Assembly: GCA_051251855.1 (NCBI GenBank)
Contig: JBPOGI010000001.1
Span: forward strand, 576,001 to 640,000
Direction of reading: 5' to 3'
Source of the DNA: Roseibacillus sp.
GTDB taxonomy: Bacteria; Verrucomicrobiota; Verrucomicrobiia; Verrucomicrobiales; Akkermansiaceae
DNA length: 64,000 bases
Numbering within the stretch: the stretch's first letter is position 1; the number at the start of each line of letters is the position of its first letter. The notes beneath the pieces are model-generated. The model was given only the letters and a program-made list of their open reading frames with translations, was not told the origin of the DNA and made no database searches. Positions 55,301 to 63,788 of the stretch are shown here, piece by piece. The position numbers and the translations under genes are program-made.

Positions 55301-58300
55301 GGAGTTGTCAAAGTCGATTCGGCTTAGGTAATCCTCATTGTTTGTAGAGAGGTTCAGGCGCGACGTGACGGAGCGGACTGTATTCTGGTGGTCGAGTTGG
55401 CGTCCGTCGCGAAGCATTCCGCGTTCGATGTTGTCGAGCTTGGAGGGAATCCAGGCGGAGTCATTGGCGGGGGAAATGGCAGGGGCACCCAAATAGTTGG
55501 GGAGTCCACGGCCGCCGCCAGCGAAGTCACTTTCGGTGGAGGCTTGCAAGCGAGTCGTGGTGAGAGAACTTGGGTTGGCTGGGTCCATGATGCCGATGTA
55601 ACCGCCAGCGTTAGTGAGGTTAGGGTTCGCCGTAGACTCGCCGGGAGCGGGTGGGGAGATAAAGCGGGGTAGGTAGAGTTGGCTTCCGTTGTGGTTGATG
55701 GCGAGGTGGCGGGGACCTTCGCCCGCATCGTGACGACCGAGATTGCCACCAGTCGTGGGATTCAGCTGGGCGACGAGGCCGTCTGCTTCCAAGGCAACCC
55801 AAGCGCTGCTTCCATCAGGGCTATGCACGACTCCGTGAGGTTGGGAACCTCGGGGGAAGACGCGGGTCACTAAGCTGTAGTTGTTCGGGTTGATGATGGA
55901 GAGGGTTGCGGAGTTCTTGTTGGTGACCCAAACCCGTCCATCGGGGGCGAGGCTGAGGGTGCGAGGGGAGTCGCCTACCGCGACCTCGGTAATTTTGTTG
56001 CCGGTCACGAGGTTGAAGACGCTCACGGTGTCTTGGTCTGGATTAACGCTCCAGACTTGCTCGTTGGTGCCATTGCCCACAGTGATGACGGGTTGACTAT
56101 TGCGAGGACGGTTGGCGGTGAGTGCAGGGTGAACGAGATGAGTGATGCGCCTCGTGACTGAAGTGCCATTGTTGTCAGTCGCTGTCAGGGTCACTGTATA
56201 GCGACCAGGATTGGCGAAGGTATGGTTGGCCGCTGGGCTGGTGGAAGTGACTTCGGCGGTGCCATCACCAAAGTTCCAATTATAGCTCACGCCTGTTCCT
56301 CCCGTGGCTGCCACGGAGAAGTTGGTGGATGAACCCGACTGGCTTGGAGTGGTGAGAGTCTCGGGGAGGGTAATGGCCGCGCGAATGATCCAGCGGAAGG
56401 TGCGCGAGGCCTGTTCACCAGCAGGGTCGGAAACGGTGACGATAGGGTTGTAGGTCTGCGGACTGGTAGGGCTTCCTGTCATGCGGCCGCTGGTCGCATT
56501 CATGGTTAATCCTGGCGGTAAACCTGTGGCGCTATAGGTGAGAGTGTCTCCGTCGGCGTCCGAGCCGAAGGCTCGAATGTTGATAGCCGTTCCGACAGTG
56601 TGAATACGGTTGGCTAGGATGGCTAAGGTAGGAGCTTGGTTGTCATCAGGAATGAAGGTCACGCGAACTGACTCCAGTTCGAAGTGAGCAGACTCGCTGA
56701 GACCGTTCTTTTTCGAGAGGTAGGCGCCGAGGCGCAGGGTATGATTGCCGGCGGGAAGGATGGCTGAAGAGACAGTGGAAGTGAGGTCGCCCGAGTCGCC
56801 GCCACCGGTGTTTTGATAGAGGTAGCTATTGCCGTTTGTTCCGAGTAGCTGTCCGCCAATAGAGACAAGGGCTTGGCTGTTTTCATCGCTATCGAGAGTA
56901 AGATCCGCATCGAGTCTCCACTGGGGGCTGACGACAATGGTGCCCGGCTGGCTTAATGAGATCGTTCTTTGCCAAGCTCCCGACATCCCAGTGCGGCCAG
57001 AGGTGTCGACTCCTCCCAATTCGACATGAAGGCGACCATCACGAACGGGTGAACCCGAGCGACCTGCTTGGAAGTTGGTCGCGATATCGGCATTGGTCAG
57101 GCGTTTGCTGTAGACCGCAAGAAGATCGTAGTCGCCCAGCCAAGCGCGATCACCCGCCAGTTCGTTGGCGAGGGCAAATTGATAGGAAGGATCCCAGTTG
57201 GTGAAGTCGCCGGGAACGGTGGCAGATTTGATGAGGGAGCCGTTGAGGTAGATACGACCCACTCCGTCTGAGATGGTGTAGACGACGTGCTGGTAAGCGA
57301 TGGCTGCAGGGTTGGTGGTCGTTTCAACTCCAGGAAGTCCGTTGGTGGAGGTTTGCGGAGTGCGGACCCGTCCGTGGTAGTTGAGGGCTTCCTGTCCAAG
57401 GGTGAAGTTGCGCAGACTGGTTGTGCTCGAGAGTGTCGCAATGCGGGCAGGTCCTGCTTGGGTGAGATTTTGAGGACGGATCCAGGCCTCGATGGACATG
57501 GCATTGCTCGTGGTGATGGAGTTGTAGAGCTTACTTGCTGCTCCCGCGCTGCGGATGAGGGTGCTGCCGTTGACGCTGAGAGTTCCATCGCCATTCCAAG
57601 CGGTTTGAGCGGGTGTGGTGATGGTGAGGTTAAGCGGAGTGCCATTGCCAGCCACGTCGTAGACGATGTTAGAGTTTGCCCCTTGGTCAAAGGTATAGAG
57701 AGCCTGAAGAGTGCTGCCGGCGACTCGGCTCTGAATAGCGTTAACACCACTGGCGTAATTAGGGTTGTTGGTGCCACGGAAGGCGTCATCGACGTAGCTA
57801 AAGCCACCGTCGTCACTTTCAAAATCTTCTTCGAAAAGGAGACTGCCATCGATGGTCCATGGCTGTGTGCTAGAGACCTGTTGGCTATCGCTATCAGTGA
57901 CAGTGATGGTCACGTTGGTAGTCCCAGTTGCGGTCGGCTGGCCGGTGATGGCTCCAGTAGAGGAGTTGAGTGAAAGTCCCGCAGGGAGGTTGCTTGCCGA
58001 AAAGGAATAAGGGGGCACCCCTCCGCGAGCGGAAACGCCGTGATTGAGACTGGTATTGAGGAAGGCGTTGAGGGGCGCCTGATGGGTGAGAGAAAGTTCT
58101 CCGACTTTGATGCGCAGATAAAGACCGTTGCGATTGTTGAGGTTAGAGGACCAGACCCACTTGGCATCCGAGTCGACGGGGAATCCGGAGATGGTATTCC
58201 AAGGGGAGCTGCCGAGACCGCCGTGTTCGGTGGCGGAAGACCAAGAGGAGTCATTGAAGTTGGGTTGTTCCCAGCCTGAGGGAGCGGTGTGCGACACTTT

Positions 58301-60535
58301 CCAATCTGAGGAGGTTGTGACGAGCTCACCATTGACTCGAAGTTGCCCGAGTAAACCTGTGGCGCCTACGACGTCGGTCACGTGGATGGCAATGGTCGAA
58401 CTTTGGCTGCCTGAGAACGAGGTGGTCGTTGCGTTGTTAGAGTTGAGACCGATCTGAGTCAGTTGACCATCGACGTAGAGTTCGTGGCGGTTTTGGGAAG
58501 CGATAGTGGCCTCGTTGAGAGGCTCGATGGCGCGCAGCACGCGGGAGGGAACGATGGCCTTGGGAGTGCGAGGGCTGGACCACTTCAGCTGAATGATCGA
58601 GGCAGCAGTACCTTGAAAGTAGTCGAGGCGAATGGGGACGGGGACTCCTGCTTGGAGGCTGATGGTCGCCGAGTTCTCGGTGGATCCGTGGTTGGTCCAG
58701 TTATTGATGATGAGCTGGTCATCAATCCAGAGCCGGACGCCGTCATCTGATTGGGTGTGGAAGGTGTAGGTTTCGCTATACTCAGGAATGATCCAACCGG
58801 TCCAGCGAACGGAGTAGGTGTCGTTGCCGACGAGGTCAGGGAGGGGTGAGTTGGAGGTCGAGGTGTAGTCGATGAGGGCATCGGTACGAGTTTCCTTCAA
58901 AGTGTTGAAGCCGGTGCCATCGTAGTATCGAGCCAAAAGGCCGCTGGTGTCGGCGTCAGAGGTCTCCTTGACGTGAATGATTTTGGCTTCGGAGTAGGAG
59001 CCGTTGGCGCGGGTGCCGAACAGCATCCAGTAACCAGGAACCATGACATCCTTGTTAGGGTGAGAGATGAGTTGGTATTTTCCGCTGGAGGTCTCGGTGA
59101 AGGGAATGTCGAGAAAGCGTTGGTCTGAGGTGACGCCATGGGTGATGGCAATCATACGAATCATGGAGAATCGACGGAGGTTTGCGGAGGCATCAACTTC
59201 AAAGACCGAGCCTAATGAAACTGCATCTGGTGCGGTCGTAATAACGGGACGCGCAATAGGTTCGTTGCTGGCATTGAGAAGAGCGGGGGGAGTGAGAATT
59301 TGTGCATCAGGGTGGGTAGCGGGATGATTGGCATTGCCGACACCGGAGAGAAAGCCACCACCACCAGAAAAGACGCGACCGTCGGGCAAGAGTGCCGCGG
59401 TGGAGTGGTAGTTGCGAGGGATGGCCATGCTAGCAAGAGTGCGCCAAGTTCCGGTGGTGGGGTTCCAGACCTCGGCAGGGAGAATAGAGCCTGTATCAGA
59501 GAAGCGTTGACCGGTGGTGTTTCCTCCGATGGCAACGACTTCGCCTGAGGGCAATGCGACAATGTTGTGAAGACTGCGAGCAAAGGCCATGGAAGAAGTT
59601 GTCTCAACCGTGGGCGGAGTAGTGTTGAGATCAACGGTGTAGCAAAGCTTGCTGGCGGCATTCGAGGCGGCAACGGCAGCGCCACCGACGATGAGATACT
59701 TGCCGGAGCCATACATGACGATGCCGCCGTCGTGGGGATAATGGTTTCCTGGGACGGTGACTCCTGCGGAGATGCGTGAGCCGTTGCCACTGGCATCGAC
59801 CCAATGCATGGCATCCGTGGGGCCAAAGTGAAAGAGGCGTCCATCGGGAGCGACCATGAGGAAGGGCCAGCCTTCACTCTCGAATCCGGCCGCGCCTGAT
59901 ACCGGCTGCCAGTTGATACCGTTGAGCAAATTCCATTGGTTGCTATCACGGTCGAAGCGTTCAGCTTCGTTCGGGCTTCCTCGGCCTCCAAAGGTGGCGA
60001 CGTCTCCATCGGGGAGCGCTACCGCGGTGGTATACCAGCGCGGACCATTCATATCAGAGACGCGATTCCACGAATTGGAGCGCCAGTCATAGATGGAGGA
60101 GTGTTCGATGGTGAAGCGGCCGCCTACTGTTTGGAGGAGACCGTCGGTACGCATCACGGGGTGGGCGCAGAACATTTCGTGACCTTGATAGAGATCGTTC
60201 GCGAATTGGGAGGTCTCGGGATTCCAAAGCGACCAGTGAGTTCGGTGAGCCGTTCCGGGCCAACTGAGAAGCTCTTGTCCAGAGTAGGTGAGGAGCTTGC
60301 CGTTGGGAAGGACCGCCAAAGAAACCGGAACATGCGGCCAGTCGATGACGGGTCCCCAAGAACCTGCGCGCGTGGAAATGGTGGGAGCCGCTGGAGTGGC
60401 GGTGTAGTTGGGCAATAGGGAGGCCGCCTGCTGCCAAAACGCATCGTCTTCGGCGTGGACGTTGGCATCAGCGAGTGAGCTCGTGAGGGAGCTGAACCAA
60501 GTGATGAGGAGGATGAACAGGGTGGAACGTTTCAT
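52340..60535 (-). CDS. 2731-aa secreted multidomain protein: AA5/galactose-oxidase-like copper radical oxidase + DUF1929, PA14, lectin-like, Ig (He_PIG), LamG, PKD, YVTN propeller, di-heme peroxidase-family domain, 3x CBM6-like, C-terminal SxDLxxW module
   Basis: HEMFC (C123), RWY (Y168), RNYHS (Y376/H377), ITHG..DQR (H466); CASCH and CVDCH with APYLHDG; three PGR/KxxxExxD...GW...EW..Y repeats. Confidence 0.88.
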   Translation of the reverse strand: MKRSTLFILLITWFSSLTSSLADANVHAEDDAFWQQAASLLPNYTATPAAPTISTRAGSWGPVIDWPHVPVSLAVLPNGKLLTYSGQELLSWPGTAHRTHWSLWNPETSQFANDLYQGHEMFCAHPVMRTDGLLQTVGGRFTIEHSSIYDWRSNSWNRVSDMNGPRWYTTAVALPDGDVATFGGRGSPNEAERFDRDSNQWNLLNGINWQPVSGAAGFESEGWPFLMVAPDGRLFHFGPTDAMHWVDASGNGSRISAGVTVPGNHYPHDGGIVMYGSGKYLIVGGAAVAASNAASKLCYTVDLNTTPPTVETTSSMAFARSLHNIVALPSGEVVAIGGNTTGQRFSDTGSILPAEVWNPTTGTWRTLASMAIPRNYHSTAALLPDGRVFSGGGGFLSGVGNANHPATHPDAQILTPPALLNASNEPIARPVITTAPDAVSLGSVFEVDASANLRRFSMIRMIAITHGVTSDQRFLDIPFTETSSGKYQLISHPNKDVMVPGYWMLFGTRANGSYSEAKIIHVKETSDADTSGLLARYYDGTGFNTLKETRTDALIDYTSTSNSPLPDLVGNDTYSVRWTGWIIPEYSETYTFHTQSDDGVRLWIDDQLIINNWTNHGSTENSATISLQAGVPVPIRLDYFQGTAASIIQLKWSSPRTPKAIVPSRVLRAIEPLNEATIASQNRHELYVDGQLTQIGLNSNNATTTSFSGSQSSTIAIHVTDVVGATGLLGQLRVNGELVTTSSDWKVSHTAPSGWEQPNFNDSSWSSATEHGGLGSSPWNTISGFPVDSDAKWVWSSNLNNRNGLYLRIKVGELSLTHQAPLNAFLNTSLNHGVSARGGVPPYSFSASNLPAGLSLNSSTGAITGQPTATGTTNVTITVTDSDSQQVSSTQPWTIDGSLLFEEDFESDDGGFSYVDDAFRGTNNPNYASGVNAIQSRVAGSTLQALYTFDQGANSNIVYDVAGNGTPLNLTITTPAQTAWNGDGTLSVNGSTLIRSAGAASKLYNSITTSNAMSIEAWIRPQNLTQAGPARIATLSSTTSLRNFTLGQEALNYHGRVRTPQTSTNGLPGVETTTNPAAIAYQHVVYTISDGVGRIYLNGSLIKSATVPGDFTNWDPSYQFALANELAGDRAWLGDYDLLAVYSKRLTNADIATNFQAGRSGSPVRDGRLHVELGGVDTSGRTGMSGAWQRTISLSQPGTIVVSPQWRLDADLTLDSDENSQALVSIGGQLLGTNGNSYLYQNTGGGDSGDLTSTVSSAILPAGNHTLRLGAYLSKKNGLSESAHFELESVRVTFIPDDNQAPTLAILANRIHTVGTAINIRAFGSDADGDTLTYSATGLPPGLTMNATSGRMTGSPTSPQTYNPIVTVSDPAGEQASRTFRWIIRAAITLPETLTTPSQSGSSTNFSVAATGGTGVSYNWNFGDGTAEVTSTSPAANHTFANPGRYTVTLTATDNNGTSVTRRITHLVHPALTANRPRNSQPVITVGNGTNEQVWSVNPDQDTVSVFNLVTGNKITEVAVGDSPRTLSLAPDGRVWVTNKNSATLSIINPNNYSLVTRVFPRGSQPHGVVHSPDGSSAWVALEADGLVAQLNPTTGGNLGRHDAGEGPRHLAINHNGSQLYLPRFISPPAPGESTANPNLTNAGGYIGIMDPANPSSLTTTRLQASTESDFAGGGRGLPNYLGAPAISPANDSAWIPSKLDNIERGMLRDGRQLDHQNTVRSVTSRLNLSTNNEDYLSRIDFDNSGLPSAAIYGPYGLHLFVALEGSREVSVVDVYGEQELFRINVERAPQGLALSADGHTLLVHNFMSRSVTLHDIAALVENGTETSSTVATLDATAAEALPAQILLGKQLFYDSFDDRLSLENYMSCASCHNDAGHDGRTWDFTGVGEGLRNTIELHGRGGEEHGPFHWSANFDEVQDFEGQIRNFSGGSGLIANGTPHAPLGTPNGGRSADLDALAAYLGSLTEKPVSPHRTNAGELTAAGLAGRDLFTSKGCVDCHSGSAFTDSGSSFHDIGTLTSASGQRLGGNLPGLDTPSLLTAFAGAPYLHDGSAPDLAAAIDAHDGVSVTTTERNYLVSFINQLEGKPDEVPDASLAFGGTPTALPGRLQVENYDTGGPGISYSDLDPENFGANFGPNFRDEGVDLEASNDTDDTPAIGWLEDSEWTQYSVTLTAGTYDIVARAASELAIPGTIRVLLDGSPIGEIDIDSTGGWYLWEDFTLPSITVPSGDAVLRLEYQGSSFNLNWLELRDPSVTPPPPTGNQTPFGGVAANIPGKIEAENFDEDGPGEAYLDSEEENFGLTYTDLNYRTSGVDIEASFDTNATPSIGWTDPGEWLEYTVNVTPGTYDLNARIASGFTFPGQLAVELDGRSLGVFSVNGTGDWYNWETLTIPQVTITETGSHILRLRFAGAAGFNLNWVEFDDGSVAPPPPTGQSPFGGTAHAVPGRVQAEDYDLGGEGVAYSDADPENFGGSYRGDAVDIEPSGDTDGGFNVGWFDDAQWMEYTLNTTPGVYQLNLRASSNESIVGDVRVTLDGEVLGTIDVQSTGGWGNWVTFTLPNLAIATSGERVLRLEMIGDAVNVNWFEFIETAPASNLTFTTLSETGQQAAAMMDSDGDNTSNLLEFAFGSNQGSSSSRPQLLLGFDHEGNCCQTVPVAVGGTLGRNSYRAAGLIYTFQGSSDLEDWDQGVTFIPNPSNVPVAPNGYHYLTFRLSESDHERGYLRVLVEEDSSQ

Positions 60536-62241
60536 GGTGAGTTGGGGAATTTGTGGTCAGTGAGGGTATTGAGAAAAGCGAGGAGATCGGCCTTGTCTTC
60601 GTCGTCGAGGTCAAGTCCGGTCTGGGGGTGCTTTGCGAGGTTGGGGTCGAGGGTGGGAGAGCGTTTGATGCCGGAGTTATAGTGCTCAATGACTTCTTCC
60701 AGAGTCTTAAAACGGCCGTCGTGCATGTAGGGCGCAGTGAGGGTGAGGTTGCGTAAGGAAGGCACTTTGAGCTTGCCGCGATCGTTAGGGTCTCCAGTGA
60801 CCAGTTCGCGGCCTAGGTCCTTGAAAGTGTTCGAAAGGCCGTTGTTGTGGAATCCATGATTGGTAAAGAGAGAGCCACCGTGGCAGTGGAAGCAATCCGC
60901 TCCTTTGAGGCCGTTTGCAGGGTCATGCTCGGTCACGAAGAGTTCGAAGCCGCGCTTTTCTTGTTCGGTGAATTCGACCTCGCCTCGCATCGCTTGGTCG
61001 AAACGGGCTTCCTGCGAAACCAAGGAAAGGAGGTATTGCTCGAGAGCTTTGGCGAGGTGATCCGAGGAGGCTTCCGCGATTCTAAAAACAGTTTCGAATT
61101 GTTGTTGGTAGTGACTATCGCTGTTGATGCGAGTCAGGGCTTCCTCGAGAGGAAGAGCCAGTTCGTCAGGATGCTCGATGGGGTGGAGGACTTGTTCCCG
61201 TAGAGTGGTCGCGCGGCCGTCCCAGAACATTTCTTTGTGCCAAGCGAGATTGAAAAGAGGCATTGAGTTACGAGAGCTCTTTCCACCGAGATGTCCGACG
61301 GAAAAGGCTTTGCCGGTATCAGAGAAGGCGGCTTCTGGTTGATGGCAACTGGCGCAAGAGAGGTTACGATCGTGAGAGAGGGTGGTGTCAAAAAAGAGCT
61401 TCTTGCCCAGGGCGATTCCTTCGGCTGTGAGGGGGTTATCAGCAGGGAAAGCTGGCTTGGGAAAGTGGCTTTGAATCAACGGCTGACCCGAGGAGGCTGA
61501 AGGCGACTCTAGGTCTGCGCCCGTGGTGGGAGGGTGGAAGACACCAGAGTGAATTTTCTCTACGGAGAAGCTTTTGGCTAAAGCTTCGGACATCAGTTTG
61601 GCGACGGGATCTCCGGTACGGGAATGAGTGGAAGTGGTCGCCCGAATATCAAGGTTTGAGCCTCCTAAGAGAGGGGAGAGGTCGAAGCGGAGAGAAATCG
61701 TGCGTGCACTTTGCGCAGACAGCGAGAGAGGGAGGGTGATGGTGGTGGCGTTCTCGTCATTGCCCAAATGATAGAGGAAGCCAAGGTCGCTCTCGCTGTG
61801 ACCTTCGACGGCGCAGAAAATGTAGCCGGTTTGCCAAGTCCAGTGCAGATTGTTGAGTTGGGGATTGAGAGGATGATCGGCTGGGTAACGATTAGGGTCG
61901 GAATGATTACTCTCTGAATCCAAGCCGACCACGAAGCGAATCGCACGATAATCGCCGGTTGGAATTTGACCTAAGGAGAAGTGGGTTCGGTTGTTCGAGT
62001 GAGAGATGAAGGCAACGAGACTGGCGTTGGCTTCCATCCAAGAACCGTCTTTGCGCTGGAGGGCAAATTGAGAGAGAAGGGAGTCGCAGCGAGTGACCTT
62101 GATTCCGTCCACTTCCTCTCCGAGTTGGTAAGAGCGGCCCGAAAGCTCCAGTTCGAAGGTAAGATCACAACGTGTCGTCTGAGCCTGAGCGGGCAGCAGA
62201 AACAGGAGTGGGAACAAAAAATGATGAGCGATCTTCCTCAT
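60532..62241 (-). CDS. MbnP-like copper-binding domain fused to an MbnH/MauG-type di-heme cytochrome c peroxidase
   Basis: N-terminal GDYRAIRF.VGLD..NH.DP...HWTWQTGY.F...EG; C-terminal LGKKLFFD..LS...SCASCH, FWDGR, CFHCH, KVPSLRN...APYMHDGRF.TLEEVIEHY. Confidence 0.85.
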   Translation of the reverse strand: MRKIAHHFLFPLLFLLPAQAQTTRCDLTFELELSGRSYQLGEEVDGIKVTRCDSLLSQFALQRKDGSWMEANASLVAFISHSNNRTHFSLGQIPTGDYRAIRFVVGLDSESNHSDPNRYPADHPLNPQLNNLHWTWQTGYIFCAVEGHSESDLGFLYHLGNDENATTITLPLSLSAQSARTISLRFDLSPLLGGSNLDIRATTSTHSRTGDPVAKLMSEALAKSFSVEKIHSGVFHPPTTGADLESPSASSGQPLIQSHFPKPAFPADNPLTAEGIALGKKLFFDTTLSHDRNLSCASCHQPEAAFSDTGKAFSVGHLGGKSSRNSMPLFNLAWHKEMFWDGRATTLREQVLHPIEHPDELALPLEEALTRINSDSHYQQQFETVFRIAEASSDHLAKALEQYLLSLVSQEARFDQAMRGEVEFTEQEKRGFELFVTEHDPANGLKGADCFHCHGGSLFTNHGFHNNGLSNTFKDLGRELVTGDPNDRGKLKVPSLRNLTLTAPYMHDGRFKTLEEVIEHYNSGIKRSPTLDPNLAKHPQTGLDLDDEDKADLLAFLNTLTDHKFPNSP

Positions 62242-62531
62242 GGGGTGGAAACGAGCGCGCAGACTACTATTTTTTATAAATACGATAAAATATTTTATGA
62301 AAGTTGTTTAATGGGGATGTGGCTTTATATTCTTGCAGTAATCTTATTTTAAGTGGTTTAAGTGGTATTTCGTGTCTGTTTAGTAAGGGTGTTTTCCTGC
62401 TGGTTCCGCAATTTTTTAGTTAGGTTTTATGTAATACCTTGTTTGTTTGATTTTTTGAAGAAGAGAGGTAGATGGCTTTAGGGTGACAGTTCTCTTGGCT
62501 GAAGGAGGGTGCTTTGGCTAGGGTTGCCTTA

Positions 62532-63788
62532 GTGAAAGCTTTAGCCCTGTTCCCAATTCTCTTCTTTTGGTTGTTGAGTGTCCCTCTTTTTGCTGAGCCG
62601 ACGGAGGAACGTGAATGGACCTCGAAAGCAGGAACGAAGTTGGTGGCCTCGGCGCTCGAAATTGATGGCTCGGAAGTGGTTCTGCAACGGGGAACGGGCG
62701 CAACTCTGCGAGTCAAACTGAACCAACTCGTGGCCGAAGATCAGGAGGTTTTGAAAAAGCACTTCTCGGAAGGAGATTCTGAGATTGCGAACGGGAAGAT
62801 GGAGGGCTTGCCTCATCCGCAGGGGGAGGTCGTGGGGCCGATTCAGGCGGAAGGAGGGAAGTATTTTCTCTATGTTCCCAAGAATTTGGTGAAGGAGCGA
62901 TTGGCTCCGTTGTTATTTTTTACGGGCGCAGGAGGTGGGTCTGCGGGGAGCGTTAAGCGTTTCACCGAAGGGGCAGAAGTGAATGGTTGGATCGTAGCGG
63001 CTTCAGTGGAGTCGAAAAATGGCAAAGACGGTCGCCCGTTTGTGAAGGCTTGCTTAGAGCATATTCAAGCCACCCTTCCAGTCGACCCCGAGCGGTTGTA
63101 TTTCACGGGGACTTCGGGTGGCGCAGTGTTCTCGATGATCAACTGCGAGACCTACGATGGAGCAGGGGCGATGCCCTTTATCGCGCATGGGGTGATCAAT
63201 ACTTTGCCTTCGAAGAAGGGCCACTACTACTTTGTGAACGGCGCTACCGACTATAACCGCTATGGGTCTTCCTGGATGCGCACGGGTTACAAGGATCATG
63301 CCTTTCATCGCTTCCATAAGGGCGCTCATGGCGCGGGACCTTTTTATCTGGGGCATGATGGGATGGCTTGGCTCAATGGTCAGTATCTTGCAGAGAAGGA
63401 ATCGGACCGGGAATTTGCGCAAGAGCGTCTCGACTACGAAAGAGCCATCTTGGCATGGGCTGGTCGCTTGCAGGCGGACGCGCCTCATAGAGCGCTTATG
63501 CATTTAGATTTTCTGACCGAAGAGTATGAGGTCTCAAGAGAGAATGCTGGCAAGGTCGATGAGTTGAAGCGTGAGCTCTCGGAGAACCCGAACAATGTTC
63601 GTTACGTCGAGGCTCTTAAAGCGATTGACGAGTTCTCGCAGGACGAATTTTCTGGAAAAGGCGGGAGTTCTCTCCACAAGCACACGAGCGACGATATCAA
63701 AAAAGCAGCGTCCAAATTGGAAGCCGAGTATCAGGGAGTTCCCGAGGTGCCCGAGATTCTGAAGAATCTTCCGAAGCCTTCGATTTAG
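62532..63788 (+). CDS. Secreted SHD1-domain protein with an alpha/beta-hydrolase-like domain
   Basis: REWTSKAG...LNQLVAEDQEVL (SHD1); YFLYVP, VDPERLYFTGTSGGA (GxSxG). Confidence 0.75.
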   Translation: MKALALFPILFFWLLSVPLFAEPTEEREWTSKAGTKLVASALEIDGSEVVLQRGTGATLRVKLNQLVAEDQEVLKKHFSEGDSEIANGKMEGLPHPQGEVVGPIQAEGGKYFLYVPKNLVKERLAPLLFFTGAGGGSAGSVKRFTEGAEVNGWIVAASVESKNGKDGRPFVKACLEHIQATLPVDPERLYFTGTSGGAVFSMINCETYDGAGAMPFIAHGVINTLPSKKGHYYFVNGATDYNRYGSSWMRTGYKDHAFHRFHKGAHGAGPFYLGHDGMAWLNGQYLAEKESDREFAQERLDYERAILAWAGRLQADAPHRALMHLDFLTEEYEVSRENAGKVDELKRELSENPNNVRYVEALKAIDEFSQDEFSGKGGSSLHKHTSDDIKKAASKLEAEYQGVPEVPEILKNLPKPSI

